Source of the DNA: a virus
Length of the DNA: 64,000 nt
Virus record (IMG/VR): IMGVR_UViG_3300036770_005778
Span: 1 to 64,000 of that record
Strand: one strand, 5' to 3'
Translations under genes and position numbers: made by a program
The notes under the pieces: model-generated
What the model saw: only the letters and a program-made list of their open reading frames with translations
What the model was told of the DNA's origin: nothing
Databases searched by the model: none
In this document: positions 26,684 through 36,417 of the stretch, one piece after another
How positions within the stretch are numbered: the first letter of the stretch is position 1
Layout: every line of letters begins with the position of its first letter

Positions 26684-27397
26684 CTAATCTAGAAGATTGT
26701 TTTGTTGTTCTAAAGAGAGCTCTTGATCTTCGAGCTCTCTTATTTTTTCTGTGATTTGATCGATAAGACCTAGGTTGCGGAGTATCTTGAACACTAGGTT
26801 TTCTACCGACCACTCTCCTGCTCGCTCCAAGCCCGCTTTACGCATCTTAGTGATCTTTTCTTTGACCAGTCGCAGTTTGGCCAGATCCTTGCTGAGCATA
26901 GCAGATTCTATGTCACGCATTATGCTGTCTTTTTTAGCTTCTACTGCGGCATCGTCTATCTTAGGTTTGACTTTCTTGGGCTCTACCAGCCACTTGTTCT
27001 TTACGATACTGTAAACACCGGTTGAGTGATGCGGTTCGTCCTCGCCCTGTATATAGGTTTCTACAGGCAGGCCTTTGATAGTGATGTTGTGCTGCTCACC
27101 CCAAAGAGATTTCTTAGCATTGAAAAGCTCACGCTGTTCTTCTGTAGGAGTGCCGGGAATGATCAAATGCAGATCTAGGTCGCTGTATTCTGTCCAGGTA
27201 TAATTGGCATTGGATCCAGTTACGGTATAATCTATGACATCTAGTTCTATGCCCACAAACTCTTCGAACGCACGGGCGATATCTTTGAGTTTGCCTATGA
27301 CTTCTGGATTGAGACGATCGTCTTGCCAAATTTTGGGATTAAGGCGACGATTAACAGTGACTAGATTCGATCTTTCGTGTAATTCTCTAAGACGCAT
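26684..27397 (-). CDS. Pol-beta-superfamily nucleotidyltransferase
   Basis: TGSNANYTWTEYSDLDLH (GS..DxD), VE, ENLVFKILR. Confidence 0.8.
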   Translation of the reverse strand: MRLRELHERSNLVTVNRRLNPKIWQDDRLNPEVIGKLKDIARAFEEFVGIELDVIDYTVTGSNANYTWTEYSDLDLHLIIPGTPTEEQRELFNAKKSLWGEQHNITIKGLPVETYIQGEDEPHHSTGVYSIVKNKWLVEPKKVKPKIDDAAVEAKKDSIMRDIESAMLSKDLAKLRLVKEKITKMRKAGLERAGEWSVENLVFKILRNLGLIDQITEKIRELEDQELSLEQQNNLLD

Positions 27398-27400
27398 CCA

Positions 27401-27646
27401 TTATTTAGCCCACATTAGATGATAGGCTGTGAGTGTTTTCTGATCGTAAAATTCTGCTACTAATTTAACATCTGCGCCAGATTTATCCATGACCAATTGG
27501 CAGTGTGTTTTTGGTTGATCTAACAGCCAACTCAGTTGATCTCGTCCTATAGTTTTCTGTACGTGAGGCCAATCTATATCTAAAAAATTAGCAGATTCGT
27601 CGGTAGTATACTGCCATTCAACTAATACTATTCGATCACTCTTCAT
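27401..27646 (-). CDS. hypothetical protein
   Basis: 81-aa ORF coupled to helicase. Confidence 0.6.
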   Translation of the reverse strand: MKSDRIVLVEWQYTTDESANFLDIDWPHVQKTIGRDQLSWLLDQPKTHCQLVMDKSGADVKLVAEFYDQKTLTAYHLMWAK

Positions 27647-29048
27647 CGCCGCCCATATTGTTCAAGATTTCTCTGAGTTTCGTGCTCTGCACTTCTGCTC
27701 TGATTTTCCCTACGGCCAACCCATCAGTAGGATCGTCTCTCTGCACTTCTGTTTTTCGCTTGATATTTTCGATGATACTGCTCGTGCCGCGATTAGCACC
27801 ATTATGGCTTTCTTGTTCTTCTTCTGGAAGATCTGAAATCTTCAGCGTTTCTAGATTGAATTCTAGATCTACTTTCTGCCCCACTCCACTAGATGAACGT
27901 GTCTTCATCAACTGTATCTGATATCGGCCACGCTCACGCATAGCACGACTGGTAAAGATACCAAACACATTATCTGCAGTCTGGATCTTTGAAAGACCAC
28001 CCGAAATGTGGCTGTGATCAAACTCTACTTCTTCTACGGCACCACGATTCAACTGCGCCGCAGTGACTAAAATACATTGACGTTCCACTGCGAGATTTCT
28101 CAGTTCTTCCGATACATATTTGTCTTTGATAAAAAGATCTGCTGGACTGATCTTTTTACTAATAGGCATCAACAAGTCTAGATAATCTACTAGCAACACA
28201 TCTACTTTGCGGCTGGTTTTAATTTCATATTCTTTGAGATAAGCGCGAATATCATTGGCAGTTTTGCCCGAAGGCATGTACTTAACCTGATATGCTCCAG
28301 ACTTTTTTCCGATGATCCGAACTTTCATTTCGACATCATCGAGCTCTTTGAAAATCTCTTTGGTATGTATACCTGTGGTCATAGCATCCATGCGCATACA
28401 GACCAAGTCTTCGGAAAGTTCTAGTGTTAGATAAACAACATTAAGACCTTGTAGTGCCCAGTTCACACCTAAGTTAGCCAAGAACAAAGATTTACCTGCA
28501 CCCGATCCACCTGCGAAGATGTTGAGTTCACCTCTATTCATTCCGCCAAATAGCCTACGATCGAGGCTGGGCCAACCAGTGCTGATCTGTCCGTTCTTGT
28601 CTTTGATACGCATCAATCGGCTTCTAGGATCAGCAAAATAGTCTGTGCCCATATCTTTGGCTAGACCTATCTGCACAGCCTCTTTGATCATAACTTCTAC
28701 TGCTCCGTAATCTTTTTTCTCTAGTAGGTCAGCAGAACTAATGATTGCACGTTCTAATGCTTTATGCCTAGTAAAGTTTTCAAATTCATCCATTAACCAT
28801 TCGAGATGTCCCTCTTTGGCTTCTTCTGGTTTTTTCAGACTGATTTTACAAGTGGCGTTAACCATTTCATAATCAGGCAGCACCGAATATTGCTTGGCAT
28901 ATTCGTTGATGAACTCTGCAGCATCTTGTAGTTTACGATCAAATAGTGTATGATCGAAAATACCTTGACAGCGAACAAATACTTCAGCATCAGCCAGCAT
29001 CAGTTCAAGATATAATTTTTGTTCTTCGTAACCGTAATCTTTTATCAA
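27636..29048 (-). CDS. replicative DnaB-like helicase (T4 gp41-like)
   Basis: GGSGAGKS, LELSE, VDYLDL, AAQLNR, KTR. Confidence 0.95.
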   Translation of the reverse strand: MIKDYGYEEQKLYLELMLADAEVFVRCQGIFDHTLFDRKLQDAAEFINEYAKQYSVLPDYEMVNATCKISLKKPEEAKEGHLEWLMDEFENFTRHKALERAIISSADLLEKKDYGAVEVMIKEAVQIGLAKDMGTDYFADPRSRLMRIKDKNGQISTGWPSLDRRLFGGMNRGELNIFAGGSGAGKSLFLANLGVNWALQGLNVVYLTLELSEDLVCMRMDAMTTGIHTKEIFKELDDVEMKVRIIGKKSGAYQVKYMPSGKTANDIRAYLKEYEIKTSRKVDVLLVDYLDLLMPISKKISPADLFIKDKYVSEELRNLAVERQCILVTAAQLNRGAVEEVEFDHSHISGGLSKIQTADNVFGIFTSRAMRERGRYQIQLMKTRSSSGVGQKVDLEFNLETLKISDLPEEEQESHNGANRGTSSIIENIKRKTEVQRDDPTDGLAVGKIRAEVQSTKLREILNNMGGDEE

Positions 29049-29638
29049 TTTAAAACCTTATAATCAATGACTAAACATCTTCTAGGTGTATATAATACAG
29101 GATACACACCATGTAGTGTACTACCTTTCATGGTAATTAGTCTACCAGGCATTGGTGGTATAGTACGCATTTCTTTACCTACTAAACAATAAAAACTTCC
29201 ATAAACTTGTTCTTTGCGATCTTTTCCTTCTCGCATACTAGGGTTATCGTCAAAATATAAACATTGATTAATAGTATCAACGCCGTGACCGTGGACACTC
29301 TGCCAGCCACCTTTTTTATAATTTACGAACCAAGATGTCTGCGGTTTTATTTTTATATCGAGCCCGTTACTTTTTAATTCATCCTCTGTTAATTTACAAA
29401 CATCATTGAGCAGACTTACGAACCCGGCATCTCTAAAATCATCGGCGAACGTTTTATGAGGTAGTCTACCTAGTTCTTTGGTCTGCCACACAGGTAATTG
29501 TTCGGCTTCAAATGCCGTGGTTTCCCAACTATAATCTTTGCCCTGACAGTTTTCTAAATAATATAAAAATTTTTTATAGTTTGGATAATAACTATCCAAC
29601 ACAAAATTTTCATCGATATCTGATTTTACAAAATTCAT
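29045..29638 (-). CDS. 2OG-Fe(II) oxygenase-like protein
   Basis: SWFVNY..GGWQSVHGH...LHGVYP...RR. Confidence 0.65.
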   Translation of the reverse strand: MNFVKSDIDENFVLDSYYPNYKKFLYYLENCQGKDYSWETTAFEAEQLPVWQTKELGRLPHKTFADDFRDAGFVSLLNDVCKLTEDELKSNGLDIKIKPQTSWFVNYKKGGWQSVHGHGVDTINQCLYFDDNPSMREGKDRKEQVYGSFYCLVGKEMRTIPPMPGRLITMKGSTLHGVYPVLYTPRRCLVIDYKVLN

Positions 29639-30609
29639 AGTTTATTATACACTAGAGGAACATGTTTTGCAAGATTCATGTCCCATCGCATACGTATCTG
29701 CTTTTTATAAAGAACAGCACCAATAGCACTGGAACTGTCTCCAGGTATCGGAAGACTCCATATGCCTTGCCATTGTTTGGGCAGTCTAGTATTGAATTTA
29801 CTGTTCATAGCGCAGCCGCCCATATATACTAGGTTATCGCTACTGGTTAAAACTTTAGCCCATCTCATCACCTCGTCGGCTTTTTCTTCAAATACTCGTT
29901 GTGTGGCAGCCGCGATATCTGCTGAATCCGATTCAGCGATAGGACCCCAGTCTCTAACACCTTTGTGCAGATTAGTCCTTATGGTCCAATCATCTCTCCA
30001 ATAGGATTTGATCTTTTCGTAGAATCGATCAGAATCGCCTTGATCGCTGAGTTGTTGTAGTTTATGTTCTTCTCTGACCGGTGTCAGCCCAATCAGATGA
30101 GTAAACGCCGAATAGAACAGCCCGAGACTGGTAGGATAACTGCGGCTCCAAACTTTTTCCAATCTAGTGCCTTTGCCTTTCCATATGGTGGCTGATTCCC
30201 ATTCTCCGATAGCATCTAATACCACGACAGTGGCTTCATCAAACGGACTGGTTAGAAATCCAGCGGCTGCATGACTAAGATGATGGGGCATGTAGGATAT
30301 CCTGGCATAGCCCAAATTAAATTTTTTTAGATATCTAGTTGGCAATTCATCTAAATCTAACGCCCATCCCCATTGACCTGCATAGGTCTGCCTAGTTTTT
30401 TTCAACCAAGGGCGTTCGTACCAAATGATATGATCAGGACCTCGGTCGCTGGCTGATCTAAATGCATCTCGGATCAGATCTCCGTTGATCTGATCATCGC
30501 CGGGCTGGCCGGTATATTCGCTGCTGCGTTTCCAAAATTTTAATTGGTTATTGTCAAATACAGCAATACTAGCATCGTGATTTAATGCATTGATTCCCCA
30601 GGTGATCAT
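29635..30609 (-). CDS. carbamoyltransferase, N-terminal (Kae1-like) domain only
   Basis: HDAS, HHLSHAA, DAIGE, SLGLFYS, GGCAMN, PGDSSSAIGA; 324 aa with no C-terminal domain. Confidence 0.85.
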   Translation of the reverse strand: MITWGINALNHDASIAVFDNNQLKFWKRSSEYTGQPGDDQINGDLIRDAFRSASDRGPDHIIWYERPWLKKTRQTYAGQWGWALDLDELPTRYLKKFNLGYARISYMPHHLSHAAAGFLTSPFDEATVVVLDAIGEWESATIWKGKGTRLEKVWSRSYPTSLGLFYSAFTHLIGLTPVREEHKLQQLSDQGDSDRFYEKIKSYWRDDWTIRTNLHKGVRDWGPIAESDSADIAAATQRVFEEKADEVMRWAKVLTSSDNLVYMGGCAMNSKFNTRLPKQWQGIWSLPIPGDSSSAIGAVLYKKQIRMRWDMNLAKHVPLVYNKL

Positions 30610-30739
30610 ATCATATTACTCCGCCTACAATCTATTTCGTATGTCATGATATATTCTGGAATACGGATCACAGACAGAATCGCTAAAAATAAAAAAGTCG
30701 CTGCCATGAAACCTATGAAAAAAGAAAGAAAGTATTTTT

Positions 30740-30856
30740 TCATTTGTAGATAAACGGATCTCTTTTTCTAAGTTCTTCCAGTCTTTTCTTCCAGGCGCGG
30801 TTTTGTTGATAGCGTTTATATGGCCAAATAATAAAATCTATGATTTTCTTAAACAT
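30740..30856 (-). CDS. 38-aa basic peptide ending RDPFIYK
   Basis: Manual: MFKKIIDFIIWPYKRYQQNRAWKKRLEELRKRDPFIYK. Confidence 0.6.
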   Translation of the reverse strand: MFKKIIDFIIWPYKRYQQNRAWKKRLEELRKRDPFIYK

Positions 30857-31871
30857 CTGTTTTCTCCATTTCAGCGAACTTATTTAGAAGTTTTCTTTTT
30901 TCAATTTCGATCTTTGCGGGATTGTCTGTGGCAGATTTTATTAAATCGATGATAACGAATAATTTACCATATCTTTTTACAGCATCTGCGCAGTCTTTTA
31001 TATCTTCATCCCAATTAGGAAAAGCCACTTTCCAGCCCAACTTTTGTGCTTGATCGATCAATACTAGTCCTGCTCGATCTTGATCAGGAATAACTATGGT
31101 TTCTTTACCTATATTGTTAATTATTCTACTCTGTTGTTCCGACACTTCGTTAGTGAGCAAGGCCACGCCCCCGACGCTTAATGCATCAAATGGACCTTCG
31201 GATACGAATAGATACTTGTATTCCTCTTTCTGTGCATCAACATTATAGACAAAGAACGGGTGTTGATCTGAAAGATATTTCGGTCTTCCTTCTACAATTT
31301 TTCTAGCAGTGTTTCCTACAATTTTGCCATGATAGAAAAAAGGAATTATTACTCGATTTACGTATCCAGGTAATGGAGTCCAATAAAAATTTTCGCTGGT
31401 AGGATCAAACCCTCTATGATAGATGTAATCAATAACTGGTTCGAGATCGTCAACTACTTCCTCGAAGTATCCGCTATTAATCCAGTCATTTATAGGCATA
31501 GCACCTTCGGGCAATTCTTTTTCGTCGAATTCAATCTTTTGTTCTATATACTGGTCAGGAACATAATCATCACCTTCGGTTTTTAATGCTTCGAAAGTTA
31601 GTTCTTTAATAACGGTGTCATCAGCCCCTAACCATTGACATAATGTTTTGAACTTTGGAGATAAGGTAGATCCCGGTTTCCAGCCTGTGGAAAATTTACA
31701 ATTGAAACAATTGTAAACGATTCCGTCACCAAGCATGACTCCTGCACGTTTTCTAGTATCTGTGCGGTGCCCTCGATGGTGGCAACAAGGGGCATTAAAA
31801 CTCATCCATCCGCTAGGGCTGGTCTTGAGTTTGGGAAGAAGAGATCTGAATTTATCTACAACCAAGGTCAT
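30849..31871 (-). CDS. DNA primase (T4 gp61-like)
   Basis: Zn finger CC...CFNC, TOPRIM EGPFD, PDQD, KD. Confidence 0.9.
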   Translation of the reverse strand: MTLVVDKFRSLLPKLKTSPSGWMSFNAPCCHHRGHRTDTRKRAGVMLGDGIVYNCFNCKFSTGWKPGSTLSPKFKTLCQWLGADDTVIKELTFEALKTEGDDYVPDQYIEQKIEFDEKELPEGAMPINDWINSGYFEEVVDDLEPVIDYIYHRGFDPTSENFYWTPLPGYVNRVIIPFFYHGKIVGNTARKIVEGRPKYLSDQHPFFVYNVDAQKEEYKYLFVSEGPFDALSVGGVALLTNEVSEQQSRIINNIGKETIVIPDQDRAGLVLIDQAQKLGWKVAFPNWDEDIKDCADAVKRYGKLFVIIDLIKSATDNPAKIEIEKRKLLNKFAEMEKTDV

Positions 31872-31883
31872 ACAGACAGTATA

Positions 31884-32954
31884 CTATCTGTAAAGAATCT
31901 TGTCAATAGTCCCGGCAGTAGGAGTACCTGTGGCCCCCAAAACATAACTTCTATCGTTTGGAGCAGAAACGCCACTGAAAGAAATTCCAGTTATCGCTCC
32001 ATTGATATTGATAGCATCTACGGTAATAGTAAGATCATTGACCCCAGAAAAACCGCCGAGCAAATCGCCAGTAATTACCAATTCTTGACCAACGGTATAT
32101 CCGCTACCCCCGTCATATACGCTGACGCTATAGGAACCTGCAAATGTTTGCCCAATCACAAATTGAGCCGAATTATTAAAGGTATTACCAAATCTAATCC
32201 TAAACCAATTCCATTTACCTACGATGTTTTTGTATGTGGAATTTGATTGATTGGTCATAGTTTCGGTATCTAGATCTACCCAGACTCCCGGATTGCCTCC
32301 ATCGCTTTGGCTTCCTTGTATGATAATCGTGCCCGTGTAATTTGTAAAATAAAACTGAAAGGTATGCAAGGATTGCGGAGTGCTTAACTGTGGATTCGCG
32401 TCAATGATGCTGGATATTAAATACTTTTCTTGAGAACCAGTCGATATAAGGAATTCTCTAAATTCATCGATTTTTAAACTATCGATTGGTTCTCCAAATA
32501 CATCACCGTATATTTCTAAGGTTGAAAAAGTTCCATATTGAGAGTCGATATACAATGGGGTTCTAGATGAAATTATCGTATCATCGCTGTTGTTTCTGAT
32601 CTGACCTACTATTGAATATTGATAGAAACCTGTTTCTATCTCTGTCAACTCGTTCTCAGTCAACACCACATAAATTTTTCCGCTGGCAGAACTTTGGACG
32701 ATACAATCTTTAGTCAGTACTAGTTCTTTGGTTTCACGATTGACTATGTTAAAAACAAAATCATCATAACTACTGACGTCGTAGTTTTTTTCGTCCGAAT
32801 TCCGTATTTGAATATCAACGCGGTTATCGGCGCCGCGATACAGTTTTAAATTTCGATTATACACTTTGCGATACCTCTCTGTTTTCCAAGAGGCCAGATA
32901 ATTTGTATAAGCATCGACCTTGTTTGGATATAAATAAACTGAAATTAGTTGCAT
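31884..32954 (-). CDS. putative virion structural protein
   Basis: Beta-rich, Gly/Ser/Thr-rich C-terminus (GGSGYTVG); TAAATA upstream. Confidence 0.55.
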   Translation of the reverse strand: MQLISVYLYPNKVDAYTNYLASWKTERYRKVYNRNLKLYRGADNRVDIQIRNSDEKNYDVSSYDDFVFNIVNRETKELVLTKDCIVQSSASGKIYVVLTENELTEIETGFYQYSIVGQIRNNSDDTIISSRTPLYIDSQYGTFSTLEIYGDVFGEPIDSLKIDEFREFLISTGSQEKYLISSIIDANPQLSTPQSLHTFQFYFTNYTGTIIIQGSQSDGGNPGVWVDLDTETMTNQSNSTYKNIVGKWNWFRIRFGNTFNNSAQFVIGQTFAGSYSVSVYDGGSGYTVGQELVITGDLLGGFSGVNDLTITVDAININGAITGISFSGVSAPNDRSYVLGATGTPTAGTIDKILYR

Positions 32955-32978
32955 ATAGGACCCTTCCAATATTTATCT

Positions 32979-33350
32979 ATGAGAATCACAGAAAATTTAC
33001 AAGAAAATTTTCCATTTATTACAGTACTAAATCATGTTAATGCAGAATACGTGGGCATCGTTATCAATCAAGATGCACAGGTTACTAGTTTTTATGATTA
33101 TGCCAGTATACGTTCCGATCAAGAAAAACAACGATTTTTGGAATTAGGCGAAGTATGGTGGTGGGAGTCAAATAGACAAATTCCTATTAATATTTTCTTA
33201 AACAGAGAAATCATCGAATTCCGATATGCTATACGTAACTTCAGTACCAAAGATGTCAAAATAATGTTAGGGCCTTGTACTAGTCTTAACGATATCATCG
33301 TAAAAAGAATAAAACGTAAATCAATTACGTTGATTAGAAAACCTTCTTAA
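32979..33350 (+). CDS. conserved phage hypothetical protein
   Basis: FLELGEVWWWESNRQIPINIFL. Confidence 0.75.
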   Translation: MRITENLQENFPFITVLNHVNAEYVGIVINQDAQVTSFYDYASIRSDQEKQRFLELGEVWWWESNRQIPINIFLNREIIEFRYAIRNFSTKDVKIMLGPCTSLNDIIVKRIKRKSITLIRKPS

Positions 33351-33922
33351 CTATATCCATAACTGATTTGTTCACAGATTAAATTCATCTGGACTACAAC
33401 TGCCATGGCATATGCGGTAGCATGAGATTTTTTGAAATAATACTCACCTGTTTCCGGTTTCATCCATACTTCTTTCATTATCGTAGTCCAATCTTTCCCA
33501 ATCAGATAACGTTTGGCTGGGCGAATCATAGCAAGGACGGCAGCTAATTGTTCCACGGAAGTCGGCCGGGTCTTGCGGATTATATCTCCATGCCCGTTCA
33601 AATGAAATAATAGATCCACAAATTCGTGTTGTAATAATAGGTCCCATAGCGGCTCCTGATTCATTAGATAAGAAAGATGTTTTTCATCTTTCACACCTTT
33701 GTATATTCCTACATTAAGAAAGTCTATTTTAAAATAACCTTTTTCTTCTGCCTGTTCATAAGGAATTTCGCACAATCCTGTTTTTAAATCAACAGGGACC
33801 TGATGTAAATAGATTCCAGTATTATGCTTTACAAGATCGCCATTATCCAATCGACTGGCCACTTTGTGTTTGAATAATTTTAATGCTTGGTCTCGGTCGA
33901 CAAAGTCTATATCGATATCCAT
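33347..33922 (-). CDS. minimal DNA polymerase III alpha (DnaE)-like catalytic protein
   Basis: DIDID, HNTG, KIDFL, AMIRP, YYFKKSHATAYA in 191 aa. Confidence 0.8.
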   Translation of the reverse strand: MDIDIDFVDRDQALKLFKHKVASRLDNGDLVKHNTGIYLHQVPVDLKTGLCEIPYEQAEEKGYFKIDFLNVGIYKGVKDEKHLSYLMNQEPLWDLLLQHEFVDLLFHLNGHGDIIRKTRPTSVEQLAAVLAMIRPAKRYLIGKDWTTIMKEVWMKPETGEYYFKKSHATAYAMAVVVQMNLICEQISYGYS

Positions 33923-33925
33923 TTA

Positions 33926-34150
33926 TTATTGTACCTTAGTCGTTTCGAATAACAACAATGGAAGATTATCTGCTAAGAATTGAGCATATTCCTCTGCATC
34001 TTCTTCATCGTTAAATCCTGAAAATTGCACCATGATTACGGGTTCGTCTGCCATGACTCTTACTTCGATATCAATATCATCGCGGGAAATAAACTCTTCG
34101 TTTTCTTTTAGTTCTACTTCTTCGATTTCTTCTTTTACACGTTTATTCAT
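33926..34150 (-). CDS. acidic hypothetical protein
   Basis: 74-aa ORF in operon. Confidence 0.65.
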   Translation of the reverse strand: MNKRVKEEIEEVELKENEEFISRDDIDIEVRVMADEPVIMVQFSGFNDEEDAEEYAQFLADNLPLLLFETTKVQ

Positions 34151-34833
34151 TATAAAATTTTAGCCTCTCTAATGACATCTTTGATCAATTCAACATCTGC
34201 AGGTAAAGATTTAAAACGTTTTAACCAATATTGCGGATCTATTATTGGACTGACGATTTCTAATTGTTCGTCATTCATTCTCTTCAGCATGTCTTTTCCT
34301 GCCTTTGTATTTAATACTAACCAAGGACTAATCAGTCCTTCTTTTATGTCATGTGTGGCACGATTTAAATTAACATATGCAAAATAGTGTTCCCATTGCG
34401 CAGAGTTTATTTCTCCCCAATCCATCATTGTGGTAATAGATCTCTGTACAGCACCGTCTGCAGGTTCGTTTTTTATTAATTCAGTCACATAAGAATAATA
34501 CAGTTCGTCTCTGCACCAATGGTCTAATTTTATTCCGCTTTTAATCACATATTCGATAAACATTTCTGGATACACGGGATTGGTATTAGTTAAAAAACTA
34601 CCAAATTTCACAAATGCAGTGTAATAAGGGCTCTGCACGAAATCATCGAATGTTTTCTTCGATTTTCCTTTTTGTGCCCAATCATAAAATTTTTGAAATG
34701 TCAGTAGACCTGTTTGGACATGCTTTTCATTTTTATTTAGATATCGTCTTTTCTGTTCGCAAACATGGACAGCCAAAGTTTTTTCTTTGGCAAATTCTTT
34801 TTGACAATATTCGCACTTATAATTTAAGTTCAT
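34150..34833 (-). CDS. protein with N-terminal zinc finger
   Basis: YKCEYCQKEF...LAVHVC. Confidence 0.7.
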   Translation of the reverse strand: MNLNYKCEYCQKEFAKEKTLAVHVCEQKRRYLNKNEKHVQTGLLTFQKFYDWAQKGKSKKTFDDFVQSPYYTAFVKFGSFLTNTNPVYPEMFIEYVIKSGIKLDHWCRDELYYSYVTELIKNEPADGAVQRSITTMMDWGEINSAQWEHYFAYVNLNRATHDIKEGLISPWLVLNTKAGKDMLKRMNDEQLEIVSPIIDPQYWLKRFKSLPADVELIKDVIREAKIL

Positions 34834-35296
34834 TGATTTGTTTTTTATCCCAACCAAGAGATAGCGCATATTCTTTGATTTCATCATTAGTGATAATTTT
34901 GGCCAATGTTTCGATATCTGCCATTTTCATATTCGGAAATTGTTCTGCTAGAAATTCTTCTTTTTTATTTCTGTGAACTTTTAATGGTATCCATTCGTGA
35001 AATTGTGTTTTTTTGCTTTCATGACTACATAAAGTCAACGTCTGCCATTGCAGTTTAGGATGATGCTGTAGGCCGGCCCAGTGTTTGTTATAAAACTCGT
35101 TGACAGTTAAGACAAAATGCTCTTGTAATTCTCTGTTAGTAGTTTTACAACTACTGATGTATCTATTAAGATTCCAAAGATCACCTTTGATCTCTTTTCG
35201 ACCTTCATCGGTGGCAGCATCCCATAATTCTTTGATCCCCATGTCTACTGCAGGAATCATATCTTTAAAAAGATCTACGTGTTTATTCTTTCCCAT
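34817..35296 (-). CDS. putative clamp-loader small subunit (T4 gp62-like)
   Basis: LNRYIS...VNE..N...KLQW...W pattern, size and replication context. Confidence 0.5.
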   Translation of the reverse strand: MGKNKHVDLFKDMIPAVDMGIKELWDAATDEGRKEIKGDLWNLNRYISSCKTTNRELQEHFVLTVNEFYNKHWAGLQHHPKLQWQTLTLCSHESKKTQFHEWIPLKVHRNKKEEFLAEQFPNMKMADIETLAKIITNDEIKEYALSLGWDKKQINELKL

Positions 35297-35552
35297 CTTT
35301 TTTACTCAAGTGATATATCATTTTAGCACGATCTAACGCTTCTTGCAAGAGAGGATTAGTTTTGGCAGCACGTCGTATTTCTCCCCAAAGTTTGTTGTCT
35401 CTGAGATCATCTATCAACGGCCTACCATCCTCTGTTCGAGGATCATATTCCCATCCGATCGCTTCTTCTTCGAGATCGTCTTTTTCTTGTTGATAAACTA
35501 CCCCGTCTCTCCGAGTATAGATATATTCAACTCCTGGTTTTAGTTTTCCCAT
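35283..35552 (-). CDS. hypothetical protein
   Basis: LW.EIRRAAKTNPLLQEAL motif. Confidence 0.7.
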   Translation of the reverse strand: MGKLKPGVEYIYTRRDGVVYQQEKDDLEEEAIGWEYDPRTEDGRPLIDDLRDNKLWGEIRRAAKTNPLLQEALDRAKMIYHLSKKDGKE

Positions 35553-35895
35553 CTTTTGAAAATCCTACAGTTTCTCGCTCAATATCTTCGTGATCGAACT
35601 CCGCCCAATAAAGTTCGAAGGCTATGGTATTTTCTGCAGCCTCAAACTGATGATATTCGCCAGGTGCCACTTTGGTATATTGTCCTGCAGTTAAAACAGT
35701 TTCGTCTACTAGATCATAATTATTCTTCCAGACTCTGATAATTAATTTTCCAGACTCTACAAAAAATCCATTCCATTTAAATTTGTGTTTATGTTTAGAA
35801 CAGACTCCGCCCGATTTGATTTCTATTCTATGGAATTCTAGTACACCATTGGCTTCTAATAGTTCTGTTTGTCCCCATACTTTGCCCGCAATCAT
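35527..35895 (-). CDS. cupin domain protein
   Basis: CSKHKH...F.VESG...PGEYHQF. Confidence 0.8.
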   Translation of the reverse strand: MIAGKVWGQTELLEANGVLEFHRIEIKSGGVCSKHKHKFKWNGFFVESGKLIIRVWKNNYDLVDETVLTAGQYTKVAPGEYHQFEAAENTIAFELYWAEFDHEDIERETVGFSKDGKTKTRS

Positions 35896-35910
35896 ATCAT
35901 ATTCCTTATA

Positions 35911-36417
35911 TTAAATTATCTTATGTAATTGTACGATTTCGCTTTGCCTGCTAACCTCTTTGACAAAGAACGCACAAGGAGGATTTTCATGAGAATGCAA
36001 AGGTACTGTTAAAAATTGTCCATTCTTCATCTTGGGGAAATACCAGCGCACATCTTGGAAAATATTTAAGATTTTTATTGTCATGTATTCGCATTTAAAT
36101 CCGTTGATAGGATTGAATATAAAAGCATCGAACCCACGCTCATTAATACTGGTCAATGGCAAAACTTCTGGGTCGAGCCCGCATTCTTTATCTCCTACTA
36201 CCATACACCAATCTAATGGCATCTGCACTTCGTGTCCTCCTATATCTAACAATATCGCAGGACTGTTAAAAGATTCTAAAAAGATCAACGGCATAAAGAA
36301 GAAATCCGGGTCGCTTGGATTACTATTATCTAATACCGAAAATCTAGTATCTTCATCTATCTCGTCAGGCAATTCGTTGAGATCGAATGCTCTATTATTT
36401 AAAGTTAATATTCTCAT
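35911..36417 (-). CDS. conserved phage hypothetical protein
   Basis: DFFFMPLIFLESFNSPA...WYFPK. Confidence 0.75.
   Translation of the reverse strand: MRILTLNNRAFDLNELPDEIDEDTRFSVLDNSNPSDPDFFFMPLIFLESFNSPAILLDIGGHEVQMPLDWCMVVGDKECGLDPEVLPLTSINERGFDAFIFNPINGFKCEYMTIKILNIFQDVRWYFPKMKNGQFLTVPLHSHENPPCAFFVKEVSRQSEIVQLHKII

Noticed and set aside
33347-34887. Frameshifted or pseudogenised dnaE
   Set aside because: Motifs from distant parts of DnaE are joined in one clean ORF, and neighbouring ORFs show no recognisable DnaE continuation.
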